A DNA stretch of 58,508 nt, filler included, from Candidatus Woesearchaeota archaeon (GCA_002685855.1; 3 parts of 3 records of this genome joined end to end with filler, not necessarily neighbours in it), one strand, 5' to 3'; shown: positions 1 to 9,271, counted from the first letter of the whole stretch. Translations and numbers: made by a program. Notes: a model not told the origin generated them from the letters alone.

Positions 1-28
1 CTATATGGAAACTTAGACGATTGGACCT

Positions 29-48
29 CCCTCGACTGAAGTCGAGGG
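29..48. repeat. Subterminal hairpin of IS200/IS605 element (likely right end)
   Basis: CCCTCGAC-TGAA-GTCGAGGG perfect inverted repeat 5 bp beyond the tnpA stop codon, typical of IS200/IS605 end hairpins. Confidence 0.75.
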
Positions 49-53
49 TTCCT

Positions 54-515
54 TCACTCGCTGGCGCGAGTGAGTCCAATCTGGTTGGCTAAAGGTTTTT
101 GCTTCCAATACGCATGGTCCCCTTGGCTATTACGAATATAGTTCTCTACTACAGCTCCTGTTACTGCTCCCACACTTCGATAAAAGTATCCTCTGCTCCA
201 CAAGGCGTTATACCCCTTCAAACGAGGCATAAACTCCCTTATCTGATGACTACTTGCACCCTTCAAAATCTGCACACACTTACTCACACTCATCGTCGGA
301 GGAATATGCACAAAAACATGCACATGATCCTCCATAACCCTAAGCTCAATAACCTTAATCCCCCACCGCTTCGCCGAATCCGAAATCCCCCTCCACAACA
401 CCCTACGCATACCAGACGTACGACCCAAAGGATAACGATACTTAGGAGTCCATGTCAAATGAAAACAATTCTGACCCACACTATGCTCATTCCGCACCAA
501 CTCTTTATTCACCAT
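54..515 (-). mobile_element. tnpA: IS200/IS605-family Y1 (HUH) transposase TnpA
   Basis: HLTWTPKYR, HUH motif DHVHVF, LKGASS, LWSRGYF..SVG and catalytic Tyr helix VENYIRNSQ; GGAGGTG SD upstream. Confidence 0.93.
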
Positions 516-779
516 AACTCAACACCTCCAAAAGTTTTTTAAACGCGCAGAGCTACAGCTACCCAAAGTTTTGGACAATGAGTGCGCCAGCTCCGCTACG
601 CACCCAATTCAGGGGCACCGCCCCTGAAAAATTTTTCTATCTACCCCAAAAAACAGCCTGATCTGCGGACTAAACTCCGCAGTTCTCTTTTTTTACAGTA
701 TAGAAGTTTATTATAAAGCGGTAAGTATATAAAGTTCGGTTGGAAATGTTTACTACTTTAGAATAGTGTTGGTGAATGG

Positions 780-1250
780 ATGAAGAATCGAAGTGTCTAT
801 GGATTGAGTTTTTTGTTGATTGGTATTCTTCTTGGTAGTTTTACTGCTGAGCTTGCTCTTCCTAATCCTATAGGGTATTTGCTGAAGGAGCCTCAGGCGC
901 CTCAGGATCATCTTGGAGAGGATCAGATTAGGATCTATAAGGATCGTGTTGTTCTTGAGATTCCTGATGCTAAATGGGCTCGTTTTAAGGCTACAGGGAG
1001 CATGGTTCCTACGTTGATGGAGGATAGTAATGCTATTGAGGTTGTTCCTGTTTGTCCTGAAGGGATCGAGGTAGGGGATATTGTGAGTTATAGGGTGAAG
1101 GGGGATACGATTATTCATCGGGTGGCGTGGAAGGATGTTGATGAGGAGGGAGCTTATTTTGTGTTTAAAGGGGATAATAATGCGTTGCCTGATCCGGATA
1201 GAATTCGATGTAGTCAGATTCAGCGGTTGGTTGTTGCGTTGGTATATTAG
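780..1250 (+). CDS. Signal peptidase I (S26, archaeal/Sec11-like)
   Basis: N-terminal TM; TGSMVPTL (catalytic Ser), IIHRV (His), KGDNN..PD. Confidence 0.85.
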   Translation: MKNRSVYGLSFLLIGILLGSFTAELALPNPIGYLLKEPQAPQDHLGEDQIRIYKDRVVLEIPDAKWARFKATGSMVPTLMEDSNAIEVVPVCPEGIEVGDIVSYRVKGDTIIHRVAWKDVDEEGAYFVFKGDNNALPDPDRIRCSQIQRLVVALVY

Positions 1251-1297
1251 TTCTGAAAAACCACAAAAGCTTTATAGTCAGGGCTTTCCTATTTTTT

Positions 1298-2200
1298 ATG
1301 ATCTTAGATTCTAAAGAAGAAGTGCATCAAAGAAAGGCGGGAATGATTGCTGGAAAGGCACTGAAGTTTGCTGGGAAGATGATTAAGCCAGGCGTGAAGC
1401 TTTTGGATGTTTCTGAGGCTGCAGAGCAGAAGGTTATGGATTTGGGGGGAAGTCCTGGGTTTCCTGCTCAGACGAGCAGGAATGAGATTGCTGCTCATTA
1501 TTGTCCGAAGTTTAATGATGACGCTGTCTACAAGGAAGGGGATTGTGTGAAGCTGGATGTGGGTGTTGAGGTGGAGGGTTTTATTGGAGATACTGCGTTG
1601 AGTGTTGATCTGGGTGGGTGGAAGGAGCTTGTTCAGGCATCGCGAGATGCGTTGAATGCGGCAATCAAGGAGGTGCGGCCGGGTGTGGTGACAAGCCAGA
1701 TTGGGAGGAAGATTGAGGAGGCTATTCAGAGCCACGGGTTTGAGCCTGTAAGGAATCTTTCTGGGCATGGGTTGGGGAACTATGATGTTCATACAAAGCC
1801 TTCTATTCCTAACTATGATACTAAGAGTAAGATTGAGTTGGAGGAGAATCAGGCTATTGCGATTGAGCCGTTTGCGACTACAGGCGGTGGAAAGATTCAT
1901 GAGTCAGGAGATGCTGAGGTGTTTATGCAAACAGGTATGCATCGAAGTAGGAGCGTTACTACAAGGAGGGTGTTGGGAAAGATTAATTCGTTTAATGGAC
2001 TTCCGTTTGCTAAACGGTGGCTTGTGGGTATATTTGGAGAGGGAAGGGTCAATCTAGCGTTTCAGGAGATGTTGAGGGAGGGGAGTTTGCGTGGGTTTCC
2101 ACCGCTTCCCGAGGTTGGAGGAGGGATCGTGTCTCAGGCAGAGCATTCTCTTATTGTTAAGGATAGGCCTGTAGTGACGACGAAGGTTGATGAGGAGTAG
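1298..2200 (+). CDS. map: Methionine aminopeptidase type II
   Basis: AAHY, KLDVG, GDTA, NLSGHG, AIEPF, QAEH metal ligands plus type-II helical insert. Confidence 0.95.
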   Translation: MILDSKEEVHQRKAGMIAGKALKFAGKMIKPGVKLLDVSEAAEQKVMDLGGSPGFPAQTSRNEIAAHYCPKFNDDAVYKEGDCVKLDVGVEVEGFIGDTALSVDLGGWKELVQASRDALNAAIKEVRPGVVTSQIGRKIEEAIQSHGFEPVRNLSGHGLGNYDVHTKPSIPNYDTKSKIELEENQAIAIEPFATTGGGKIHESGDAEVFMQTGMHRSRSVTTRRVLGKINSFNGLPFAKRWLVGIFGEGRVNLAFQEMLREGSLRGFPPLPEVGGGIVSQAEHSLIVKDRPVVTTKVDEE

Positions 2201-2238
2201 GTGAAAAAGTTTAAAAAGAGCTTCTTCTGTGTAGGGGT

Positions 2239-3855
2239 ATGTTTACGATTCCGGATCGATTCAGGGAGATTCAGCGTTTTCAGGATATTCTTAAGGCAAT
2301 TACTAGGAATGGGCTGGGGTATGTCCTTGAGAAGGTGGGTTGGAAGAAGGTTCACTTTGCTACGAAGCGAACGATAAAGCCTGTTGCTGTTCGGAAGACG
2401 TTGGAGGATGTGGGGGGTGCTGCGATTAAGCTGGGTCAGTTGTTGTCTGTTCGAATTGATTTATTACCGAGTGTGTATACGTTGGAGCTTCAGAGGTTGC
2501 AGGATTCGGTGAAGCCTGTTTCTTTGCGGGATGTTGAGGGGGTGTTTGTTTCTGCTTTTGGTAAGGGATCGAAAAAGATTTTTTCGAGTTTTCAGACAAA
2601 GCCGGTTGCGAGTGCGAGTATTGGACAGGTTCATATTGCTCGTGTTAAAAGAGGGAAAAAGGTTGCGGTAAAGGTGATGCGGCCGGAGATAAAGGATGTT
2701 GTGGAAACAGATATTGATATTGTTCTTCATTTTGCTGAGTTGCTTGAGAAGAGTTTTCATCCTAAACTGTTTCATCCGCTTCTGATTGCTAAAGAGTTTG
2801 AGGAGTATACAAAGAGAGAGCTTGATTATGTGAATGAGGCGAGGTGTATTGAGCTGTTTCGGAAGGAGAATAAGAATTCTCTTTTGACGATTCCAAAGGT
2901 GTATTGGGAGTTTACGAATGAACGGGTTTTGACAACCGAGTTTGTTGAGGGGAAGAAGCTTCTTGATTGGAAGAAACGGGCTTCGGTGAGTGATAAAAAG
3001 CGGGTTGCAAAGTTGTTGGTTAATACGGTTTTTGAGCAGATCTTTATTCAGGGACGGTTTCATGGTGATCCGCATCCGGGGAACATCCTTGTGACTAAGA
3101 AAGGGATTGCGCTTTTGGATTATGGGATTACAGGTGTTGTTGATCTTGAGATGAAAAAGGAGTTGGCACAGCTATTTGTGTATCTGATTGCAGGGAAAGC
3201 CGAAGCTGTTGCAGATAGTTTATTACGGATGCATATTGCTGATGAACAGATTGATAAGGAAGCGTTTGTGAAGGATCTTAAGGCGCATGTGGGGAAGTAT
3301 TATTTGCTGGATCTTAAACATATTTCTCTTTCAAAGATGATTCTTGATTGTTTTTCGGTTGCGAGAAAGAATAGTATTGTTTTTCCAAAGGATTTTGTTG
3401 TTTTGGCAAAGACTTTTGTGACTACTGAAGGGGTTTGCAGGGATCTTTATCCTGGATTCAATATTGCGGATGAGGCGCGGCCGTTTGCAAAGCGATTATT
3501 GAAGGAGTATTTTAATCCTAAGAAGACTCTTGTGTCTCTATTTAGGGAATCAAAGGAGCTTACTAACTTTTTATTTAACATACCTGGTGAGGCAAATAGT
3601 TTTATGAAGGAGCTTAAGCATAAGGATGTTCTTCTTGTGCAGATTCATAAGGAAATTAATGAGTTGACTACTGAAGTTGAGCGATCGACTACGCAGGTCA
3701 CTCAAACGATTTTGATTGCTTCATTGATTATTGGCTTGAGTCTTCTTTATGCTTTTAATAATGGATTTGTACTGGGGATTCCTGTTTTAAAATATTTTTC
3801 ACTTTTTATCTTACTTGCGATTTCCTATTTTTTAATTCGGACGTTTATGAGGTGA
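2239..3855 (+). CDS. ABC1/UbiB (AarF) atypical kinase-like protein with C-terminal TM helices
   Basis: KLGQ motif, ASASIGQVH Ala-rich loop, VAVKV, HGDPHPGN, LDYG. Confidence 0.92.
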   Translation: MFTIPDRFREIQRFQDILKAITRNGLGYVLEKVGWKKVHFATKRTIKPVAVRKTLEDVGGAAIKLGQLLSVRIDLLPSVYTLELQRLQDSVKPVSLRDVEGVFVSAFGKGSKKIFSSFQTKPVASASIGQVHIARVKRGKKVAVKVMRPEIKDVVETDIDIVLHFAELLEKSFHPKLFHPLLIAKEFEEYTKRELDYVNEARCIELFRKENKNSLLTIPKVYWEFTNERVLTTEFVEGKKLLDWKKRASVSDKKRVAKLLVNTVFEQIFIQGRFHGDPHPGNILVTKKGIALLDYGITGVVDLEMKKELAQLFVYLIAGKAEAVADSLLRMHIADEQIDKEAFVKDLKAHVGKYYLLDLKHISLSKMILDCFSVARKNSIVFPKDFVVLAKTFVTTEGVCRDLYPGFNIADEARPFAKRLLKEYFNPKKTLVSLFRESKELTNFLFNIPGEANSFMKELKHKDVLLVQIHKEINELTTEVERSTTQVTQTILIASLIIGLSLLYAFNNGFVLGIPVLKYFSLFILLAISYFLIRTFMR

Positions 3856-3859
3856 TAGA

Positions 3860-4099
3860 ATGTCGAAACAAACATTAAGAAAGGCGTTTCTTCTTGGTTT
3901 AGGGGTTACTCTTTTAACCAAGGATGTGGTGGAAAAGGAGATTAAGAAATTTATGAGAGAGTATAAAATTACTGAGAAGGACGCCCGTATGATGTCAAGA
4001 CGGATGTTGACAAAGGGGAAGAAATATCAGGCAGATTTGTTACGAACGATTAAGAAGACTGAGAGTGAGTTTAGGAAGGAATTGAAGAAGAGGGTTTAG
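3860..4099 (+). CDS. Phasin-like small helical protein
   Basis: LRKAFLLGLGVTLLTKD N-terminus resembles phasin-like proteins often adjacent to ABC1 kinases; GAGGTGA SD. Confidence 0.6.
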   Translation: MSKQTLRKAFLLGLGVTLLTKDVVEKEIKKFMREYKITEKDARMMSRRMLTKGKKYQADLLRTIKKTESEFRKELKKRV

Positions 4100-4284
4100 A
4101 AACGGGTTTGCCAATTGATGTGAGACATCATCTCCCCTTCGAAGTAGAATACTTTTTTGCAGTGATTACAGGTGCCGGCAATATAGTGCTTCCAGCCGTG
4201 GAATTCCGATACAAAATTTTTGTCGTGCCTTTTTCTACAAAAAGGGCAGTTTTCTCTGCAATGGTGTTCTCTGAAATTGTGAAT
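4096..4284 (-). CDS. Putative 62-aa zinc-ribbon microprotein with ATT start (absent from ORF track)
   Basis: Frame IHNFREHHCRENCPFCRKR...GTCNHCKKVFYF...TRF*; two CxxC pairs; GAGGTGA SD 6 nt before ATT; BRE/TATA-like CGAAACACATATAAA upstream. Confidence 0.55.
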   Translation of the reverse strand: MHNFREHHCRENCPFCRKRHDKNFVSEFHGWKHYIAGTCNHCKKVFYFEGEMMSHINWQTRF

Positions 4285-4433
4285 GGGGTTTCACCTCACT
4301 AAAGGTGATGAATTTCTTATAGGTCGTTTATATGTGTTTCGGAAAGAAGAGCGATGGTTGGTTTACGTGTCTTGATCGGCTAAGGACAGCAGATTGCACA
4401 AAATATTTAAAGTAGGTTGACTCAAGGGTTGGT

Positions 4434-4664
4434 ATGGCTGGAAAGAAGACTACTTTGAAGAAGGGAAAGAAAAAAGCACCGAGCAAGTTGGGACAGGGAA
4501 AGAAGGCTCTTAATGTGTATGATGTGCCAAAGGAGATTGTTGAGAAGAAGGAGCAGTCCGAACGGTTTATTAAGAAAAACCCTATACTGAGTGTTGCGGT
4601 TGCTGCAGTTTCAGGCTATGTTTTAGGAAAAACAATTGGACGGTTGTTCAGGAGAAGAAAATGA
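4434..4664 (+). CDS. DUF883/ElaB/YqjD-like tail-anchored membrane protein
   Basis: C-terminal FIKKNPILSVAVAAVSGYVLG..RRRK tail-anchor pattern; Lys-rich N-terminus. Confidence 0.65.
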   Translation: MAGKKTTLKKGKKKAPSKLGQGKKALNVYDVPKEIVEKKEQSERFIKKNPILSVAVAAVSGYVLGKTIGRLFRRRK

Positions 4665-4975
4665 GTTTTAGAGGTTTTTTTAAGGATGTTTCAAAGGTGT
4701 TTTTGGGTGATTCTATGAAAAGTGTTCTTGCAGGTGTAAAGGAGAAAGTTGAGGAGACGATCGAGGAAACACAGAAGAAGATAGAGATTGTTACGGCAAG
4801 GGTGATTAAGACGTTGGTTGTGTTTCTTATCTGTGCGTTGGGATTTATTTTTGCATTGGTAGGGCTGGCTACGTATCTTACTGAGACTGTTCCTCGTTTT
4901 GATCATGGGCTTGGCTATCTTGTTGTTGGAGGCGTATTGGTTCTGCTTGGTCTGGTTGTTAAAGTTTTACGATGA
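4661..4975 (+). CDS. Two-TM membrane protein, YqjE/holin-X-like
   Basis: Coiled N-terminus then two TM helices; ATGA overlap with DUF883 gene, resembling the yqjD-yqjE arrangement. Confidence 0.5.
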   Translation: MSFRGFFKDVSKVFLGDSMKSVLAGVKEKVEETIEETQKKIEIVTARVIKTLVVFLICALGFIFALVGLATYLTETVPRFDHGLGYLVVGGVLVLLGLVVKVLR

Positions 4976-5406
4976 TTCCGAACCGGTTTGCACGGATTAA
5001 AAGTTATATTGATGTGTTAGAAAAGAATATCAAGATTAAGAATAAACATGATGTGGAAAGGTTAAAGGGTTTGAAGGAGGCGTTTGACAAGAAGTATCTT
5101 GCAGCCCGGACTTTTTTGACGTTGAAAGTTGTGTTCTTTGTTCTTTTGTATGCTTCGGTTCTGGCTGCTTTTTTTGCAACTATTCCTTTTCTTACGAATC
5201 TTTCTACCTACTTGATTATGGTTTCGGGTGTTTTTGGGACAACTATTTCGTTTCTTGTTCTTGCTGTTCTTCATTTTAGTGAGGGAACAGTGTATAGTGA
5301 TCTTATTTTATTAAGCAATCATATGATGATAATCTATGTGCATAATGATCATTTATCTCATCCCGATATTGAAGCATATATTCGTCAAATGGTTGAGAAG
5401 CATTAG
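4972..5406 (+). CDS. Hypothetical membrane protein (2 TM)
   Basis: ATGA overlap with previous gene; two hydrophobic segments. Confidence 0.6.
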   Translation: MIPNRFARIKSYIDVLEKNIKIKNKHDVERLKGLKEAFDKKYLAARTFLTLKVVFFVLLYASVLAAFFATIPFLTNLSTYLIMVSGVFGTTISFLVLAVLHFSEGTVYSDLILLSNHMMIIYVHNDHLSHPDIEAYIRQMVEKH

Positions 5407-7898
5407 TTCTTTTCTATATCTTTAAGAAATCGTTGGATAACGTTGGGGACGTGTTCTTTCTGGGTTCGAAGGATGCGTGCTGCTTCTGTTAAGGGGTCTC
5501 CGTTGAAGGTGTCTGTTGTTGTGAGTTTGAAGGGGATTTGTTTTTTCTTTTTTACGATCTGTTTCCAAAGGGTGAAGAGTTCGTTTGCTCTTCCAGGTAT
5601 CTGGTTGGGGTTGCAGTCGAGGAGTTTAGCTGTTTGTTGGAGGGTGTTTCCTGTTTGTTCTTCTTCTTTTTTTGCTGCTTTTCCTGCTTTAAATTCGATG
5701 CGGACGATTCCGTCTTGTACTTTTGTGCTTTTTAGGAGTTTGATTTCTCCGACGTCTCCTGTGAGGTCGAGGTGGGTTCCTCCGCAGGCTTCTACATCGA
5801 AGTTTGTTATGTCGACGACGCGGATCTTGTTTCCGGGTACGACTCCTCCCTGGTAGAGGCGAAAGCCGTATTTTGATTCTGCTTGATTTCTGGGGAGGAG
5901 TGTTTTGTAGATTGTTCTGTTTTCGTGGACTATTTTGTTTGATAGTTGTTCTATCTTTTTCATTTCTTCATCGGTAAGGGCATCAAAGTGGGTGATGTCG
6001 ATGCGGGATTTTTCTACTGTTTTTGCTGCTCCTGCCTGCCAGATGTGGTCGCCAAGAATTCTTTTGGCTGCACCGTTGATGATGTGTGTGGCTGTGTGGT
6101 GTTGTGCGAGCTGGATTCTTCTGTCTGCATCGATTTTTCCTTTTATGGTTTGGCCTTCTTTTGCTTTTAGGTTTTTGACTTTGTGTATGATGAGATTGGC
6201 TTGTTTAAAGACGTCTATGACGTCTGCATCTCCAAGTGTGCCAAGGTCGTGGAGTTGGCCTCCGCTTGTGGGGTAGAATGCTGTTCTGTCGAGGACGACA
6301 AATTCTTTTTTTACTATTTTGAGGATTTTTGCAGGGAATTCGAGGAGGTCGTGGTGTTGGTAGTAGAGTATTTTGGTTTCAGGTATGTTTTTGAGGGGGA
6401 GTTCTTCTTGTTTTTTTGTTGCTGTTTTTTGTTCTTTTTGTTCGTGAAGTTCTGCAAGGATGCTGTAAAAGTTTTCTGGTGGCGTAATTTTTTTGTTTTC
6501 TTTCTTTGCTTCTGCAACGACTTCTTCAGGTGTGACTCCGTGGCTATCGTAGAGTTGTACGAGTTTGTTTGAGGAGGAGGGTTTTTTTAGGAATTGTGTG
6601 ATGAGTTGTTTGTTTCTTTTTTTTGCGTTTTTGTATTTTTGGTGTTCTATGTCGAGGATTTTTTGTACGTTGTTGAGGGATTCTTTGAGTTCTGGAAAGA
6701 GTTGTTTGATATAGTCTGCGTGCCAGGTTGTGAGATCTGCCATCTCTATTTTCCAGTTGTATTTGTCTATGAATCCCTGGGCTCTTCGATAGAGTGTTCT
6801 GAGGTTGTAGCCTCCTCCTACGTTGCTGGGAAGTTTTCCGTCTGTGAATGCGACGAGAAGGCTTCTTGAGTGTTCTGCGACGGAGTAGAGGGATGCGAGG
6901 GGAAGGATTGCTTCTTTTAATGTAGGTACATCTGTTTCTGTTTTTTTGGCTACCATCTTCCAGGTTGCATCGTGGTCTTCGATTTCGTCGATGTTGAGGT
7001 AGGATGCGTAGGGGAGGAAGCGTTTTATGAGGGGTTCGTCTACCTTTATTCCTGTGATTTTTTTGAGTTTTTTGCAGACTGTTGGGAAGGTGGTTTCGTA
7101 GCTTGTTGATGTGGCTTGGGTGAACCAGGCGTTTCGTTCGTGTCCCATTCCCATGTCGAGGATTTTAAGGTTGAGGGGTTTGTCTCCTTTGGGTGTTTGT
7201 TCGTAGAGCATGTAGACCTGGTTTCCGAGTTCTAATCCTCGTGAAAAGAATTCCATGCAGGGTCCGAAGTTTCCTCCTCCTGCCCAGGCATCTTCGTGGT
7301 AGGTTATTTCGTTGTTTGGAAGGCCAAGTCCTTTGTTGAGCCAGGAGTGTATGTCTTCAAAGTATTTTTCCTGGTCCCATTTTTCAGGTGGCATGAATGC
7401 GTGTTGTCCGATCATGACAAAGCCGGTGTAGTGGGCTCCTGTGATGCCGACGTTGTCGATGTCGTTGAATCTGAGTGAGAATTGGGGGACGACGAGGGGG
7501 TTTGCAGGGGGTTCTACTTCTCCTGATACAACGTAGGGTTGGAAGTCGTAGATGCTTGCTTGTACGAATTCTGTGTCTGCGCGCCATCGTGCTACGACGG
7601 GGTAGCGTTTTATGGGTGTGTAGCCTCTTTTTTCAAAGTGTTTTGCAAAGGCTTTCCATACTCCTATGTAGTCGAGTTTCTTTTTTGCAGGGTTTTTCTG
7701 AAAAAAACGGAATCCGCCGCTGCAGGCAGGGTCTCCACATTGCGGGGAGTTATTGGTTGTCCAGTAGTGGGTGCCGCAGCTACATTTTTTTCTTGAGAAT
7801 CCTTCTTTTTTTAGGATTTTAACAGGATAGTATTTTTCGGGTTGTTTACTTGCGAGGAGTTTGAATCGTTTTTTTACCTCTTTGTCTGACACTACCAT
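5403..7898 (-). CDS. alaS: Alanine--tRNA ligase (archaeal type)
   Basis: RYPVVARW, ASIYDFQP, WAGGGNFGP, GLELGNQV, GMGHER; editing domain HHTATH and CGGTH; start moved to MVVSDKE (7898). Confidence 0.96.
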   Translation of the reverse strand: MVVSDKEVKKRFKLLASKQPEKYYPVKILKKEGFSRKKCSCGTHYWTTNNSPQCGDPACSGGFRFFQKNPAKKKLDYIGVWKAFAKHFEKRGYTPIKRYPVVARWRADTEFVQASIYDFQPYVVSGEVEPPANPLVVPQFSLRFNDIDNVGITGAHYTGFVMIGQHAFMPPEKWDQEKYFEDIHSWLNKGLGLPNNEITYHEDAWAGGGNFGPCMEFFSRGLELGNQVYMLYEQTPKGDKPLNLKILDMGMGHERNAWFTQATSTSYETTFPTVCKKLKKITGIKVDEPLIKRFLPYASYLNIDEIEDHDATWKMVAKKTETDVPTLKEAILPLASLYSVAEHSRSLLVAFTDGKLPSNVGGGYNLRTLYRRAQGFIDKYNWKIEMADLTTWHADYIKQLFPELKESLNNVQKILDIEHQKYKNAKKRNKQLITQFLKKPSSSNKLVQLYDSHGVTPEEVVAEAKKENKKITPPENFYSILAELHEQKEQKTATKKQEELPLKNIPETKILYYQHHDLLEFPAKILKIVKKEFVVLDRTAFYPTSGGQLHDLGTLGDADVIDVFKQANLIIHKVKNLKAKEGQTIKGKIDADRRIQLAQHHTATHIINGAAKRILGDHIWQAGAAKTVEKSRIDITHFDALTDEEMKKIEQLSNKIVHENRTIYKTLLPRNQAESKYGFRLYQGGVVPGNKIRVVDITNFDVEACGGTHLDLTGDVGEIKLLKSTKVQDGIVRIEFKAGKAAKKEEEQTGNTLQQTAKLLDCNPNQIPGRANELFTLWKQIVKKKKQIPFKLTTTDTFNGDPLTEAARILRTQKEHVPNVIQRFLKDIEKN

Positions 7899-7979
7899 GA
7901 ATGTGTGGGGGGTGTTATATTTATAAGCTTTACGTGGTTTGGGCATAATACATATATAGTTTGGAATCTTTGCCTTTGT

Positions 7980-8855
7980 ATGGCTCAGACTACTCTGACC
8001 AATAAGGCTCCTGTCTATCCTCAGGGTGATGAGGAATCGATTCAGGCGTTTCAGAAGTTTCTTCTTGCATGGTATGAGAAGAATGAACGAGATCTTCCTT
8101 GGAGGAAGACGAGAAATCCGTATAAGATTCTTGTTGCTGAGACAATGCTTCAGCAGACGCAGATTGCTCGTGTTATTCCTAAGTATGAGCGTTTTCTTAG
8201 TGTGTTTCCTTTGTTACAGGATCTGGCAGAGGCTGAGACTACGTTGTTGTTAAAGGAGTGGCAGGGGTTGGGTTATAATAGAAGGTGTTTGGGTCTTCGT
8301 GTGATTGCGCAGCAAATTATTCGTGATTTTGGGGGGATTTTTCCTCGGAAGTATGACCGTCTTCTTGAGTTGAAGGGGATTGGTCCGTATACTGCTTCTG
8401 CTCTTTGTAGTTTTGCTTATAATCAGGATGTTGCGTGTCTGGATACTAATGTTCGACGAGTGTTAATTCATACGTTTACGTTACGGGAGAATTGTTCTCA
8501 GGGAGAGCTGCAGAGGTTGGCTGATCTATTAGTTCCGATTGGAAGGTCGAGGGTATGGAATAATGCGTTGATGGATTATGGGAGTTTGCAGCTGACTGCA
8601 AAGTTTACCGGGATTCAGAGTTTGGGAAAGCAGTCGAAGTTTGAGTTTTCAAAGAGGTGGTATAGGAGCAGGATTGTTCGGGAGGTGTTGAAGGTTGGGG
8701 AGATCTCTCTTGACGAGTTGAGTGTTGTTGTTGAAAGGAGTAAGGAGTATGTGCGTTCGCTTGTGAGTGAGTTGGTTCTTGAGGGTTTTTTGCGGTTGGA
8801 AGGGGAGCTTGTTGGGATAAAGGAGGATCGGTTTGTAGGTGGGAAGGAGGATTAA
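7980..8855 (+). CDS. MutY-like HhH-GPD adenine glycosylase lacking Fe-S motif
   Basis: RDLPWR, ETMLQQT (catalytic Glu), WQGLGYNRR, HhH LKGIGPYTA, LDTNVRR (Asp); start moved to MAQTT. Confidence 0.85.
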   Translation: MAQTTLTNKAPVYPQGDEESIQAFQKFLLAWYEKNERDLPWRKTRNPYKILVAETMLQQTQIARVIPKYERFLSVFPLLQDLAEAETTLLLKEWQGLGYNRRCLGLRVIAQQIIRDFGGIFPRKYDRLLELKGIGPYTASALCSFAYNQDVACLDTNVRRVLIHTFTLRENCSQGELQRLADLLVPIGRSRVWNNALMDYGSLQLTAKFTGIQSLGKQSKFEFSKRWYRSRIVREVLKVGEISLDELSVVVERSKEYVRSLVSELVLEGFLRLEGELVGIKEDRFVGGKED

Positions 8856-8935
8856 TGTGATGGAGATTAGGGGAGAAGGGTTGAAGTAAGGGATAGAGTG
8901 TTTAGAAGGAACTGATTATTGTGTGGATGTGTTGG

Positions 8936-9271
8936 TTAATCAAAGTAGAGAGGGTCGTCTGATCGTATGATGAATTCGTTTTGTTTTTTTTGGTCTTCTT
9001 TTTTTGTTTCTTTTTTTAGTTGAAAGGCGTTGGGGTTGAGTTCGCAGAGTTTTGACCAGGAGACGGGTCCACAGGAGAGGCAGAGTCCGAAGACGCCCCA
9101 TTTTCCTTCTTTGATCATGAGCCATTCTCCGCAGACGCATTTAAGGTCGGTTGCTTCTTGGTTTTTGTGTTGGGAGCAGACAGGGATCTGCTGGCTGTTT
9201 TTTGTGAGGGCTCTGCTCTGGCAGAAGGGGCAGGTGTCGACTCTGTAGCTTCCGTAGACTTTTTTTCTCAT
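8936..9271 (-). CDS. Cys-rich zinc-binding hypothetical protein
   Basis: CPFC, CSQH, CVCG, CLSC motifs. Confidence 0.7.
   Translation of the reverse strand: MRKKVYGSYRVDTCPFCQSRALTKNSQQIPVCSQHKNQEATDLKCVCGEWLMIKEGKWGVFGLCLSCGPVSWSKLCELNPNAFQLKKETKKEDQKKQNEFIIRSDDPLYFD

Noticed and set aside
4108..4302. + strand 64-aa ORF from the track
   Set aside because: Shadow of the - strand zinc-ribbon frame, which has the SD, promoter and CxxC motifs
4661..4975. Holin implying a prophage
   Set aside because: No capsid, terminase, integrase or lysin genes; context fits the cellular yqjD-yqjE-type arrangement
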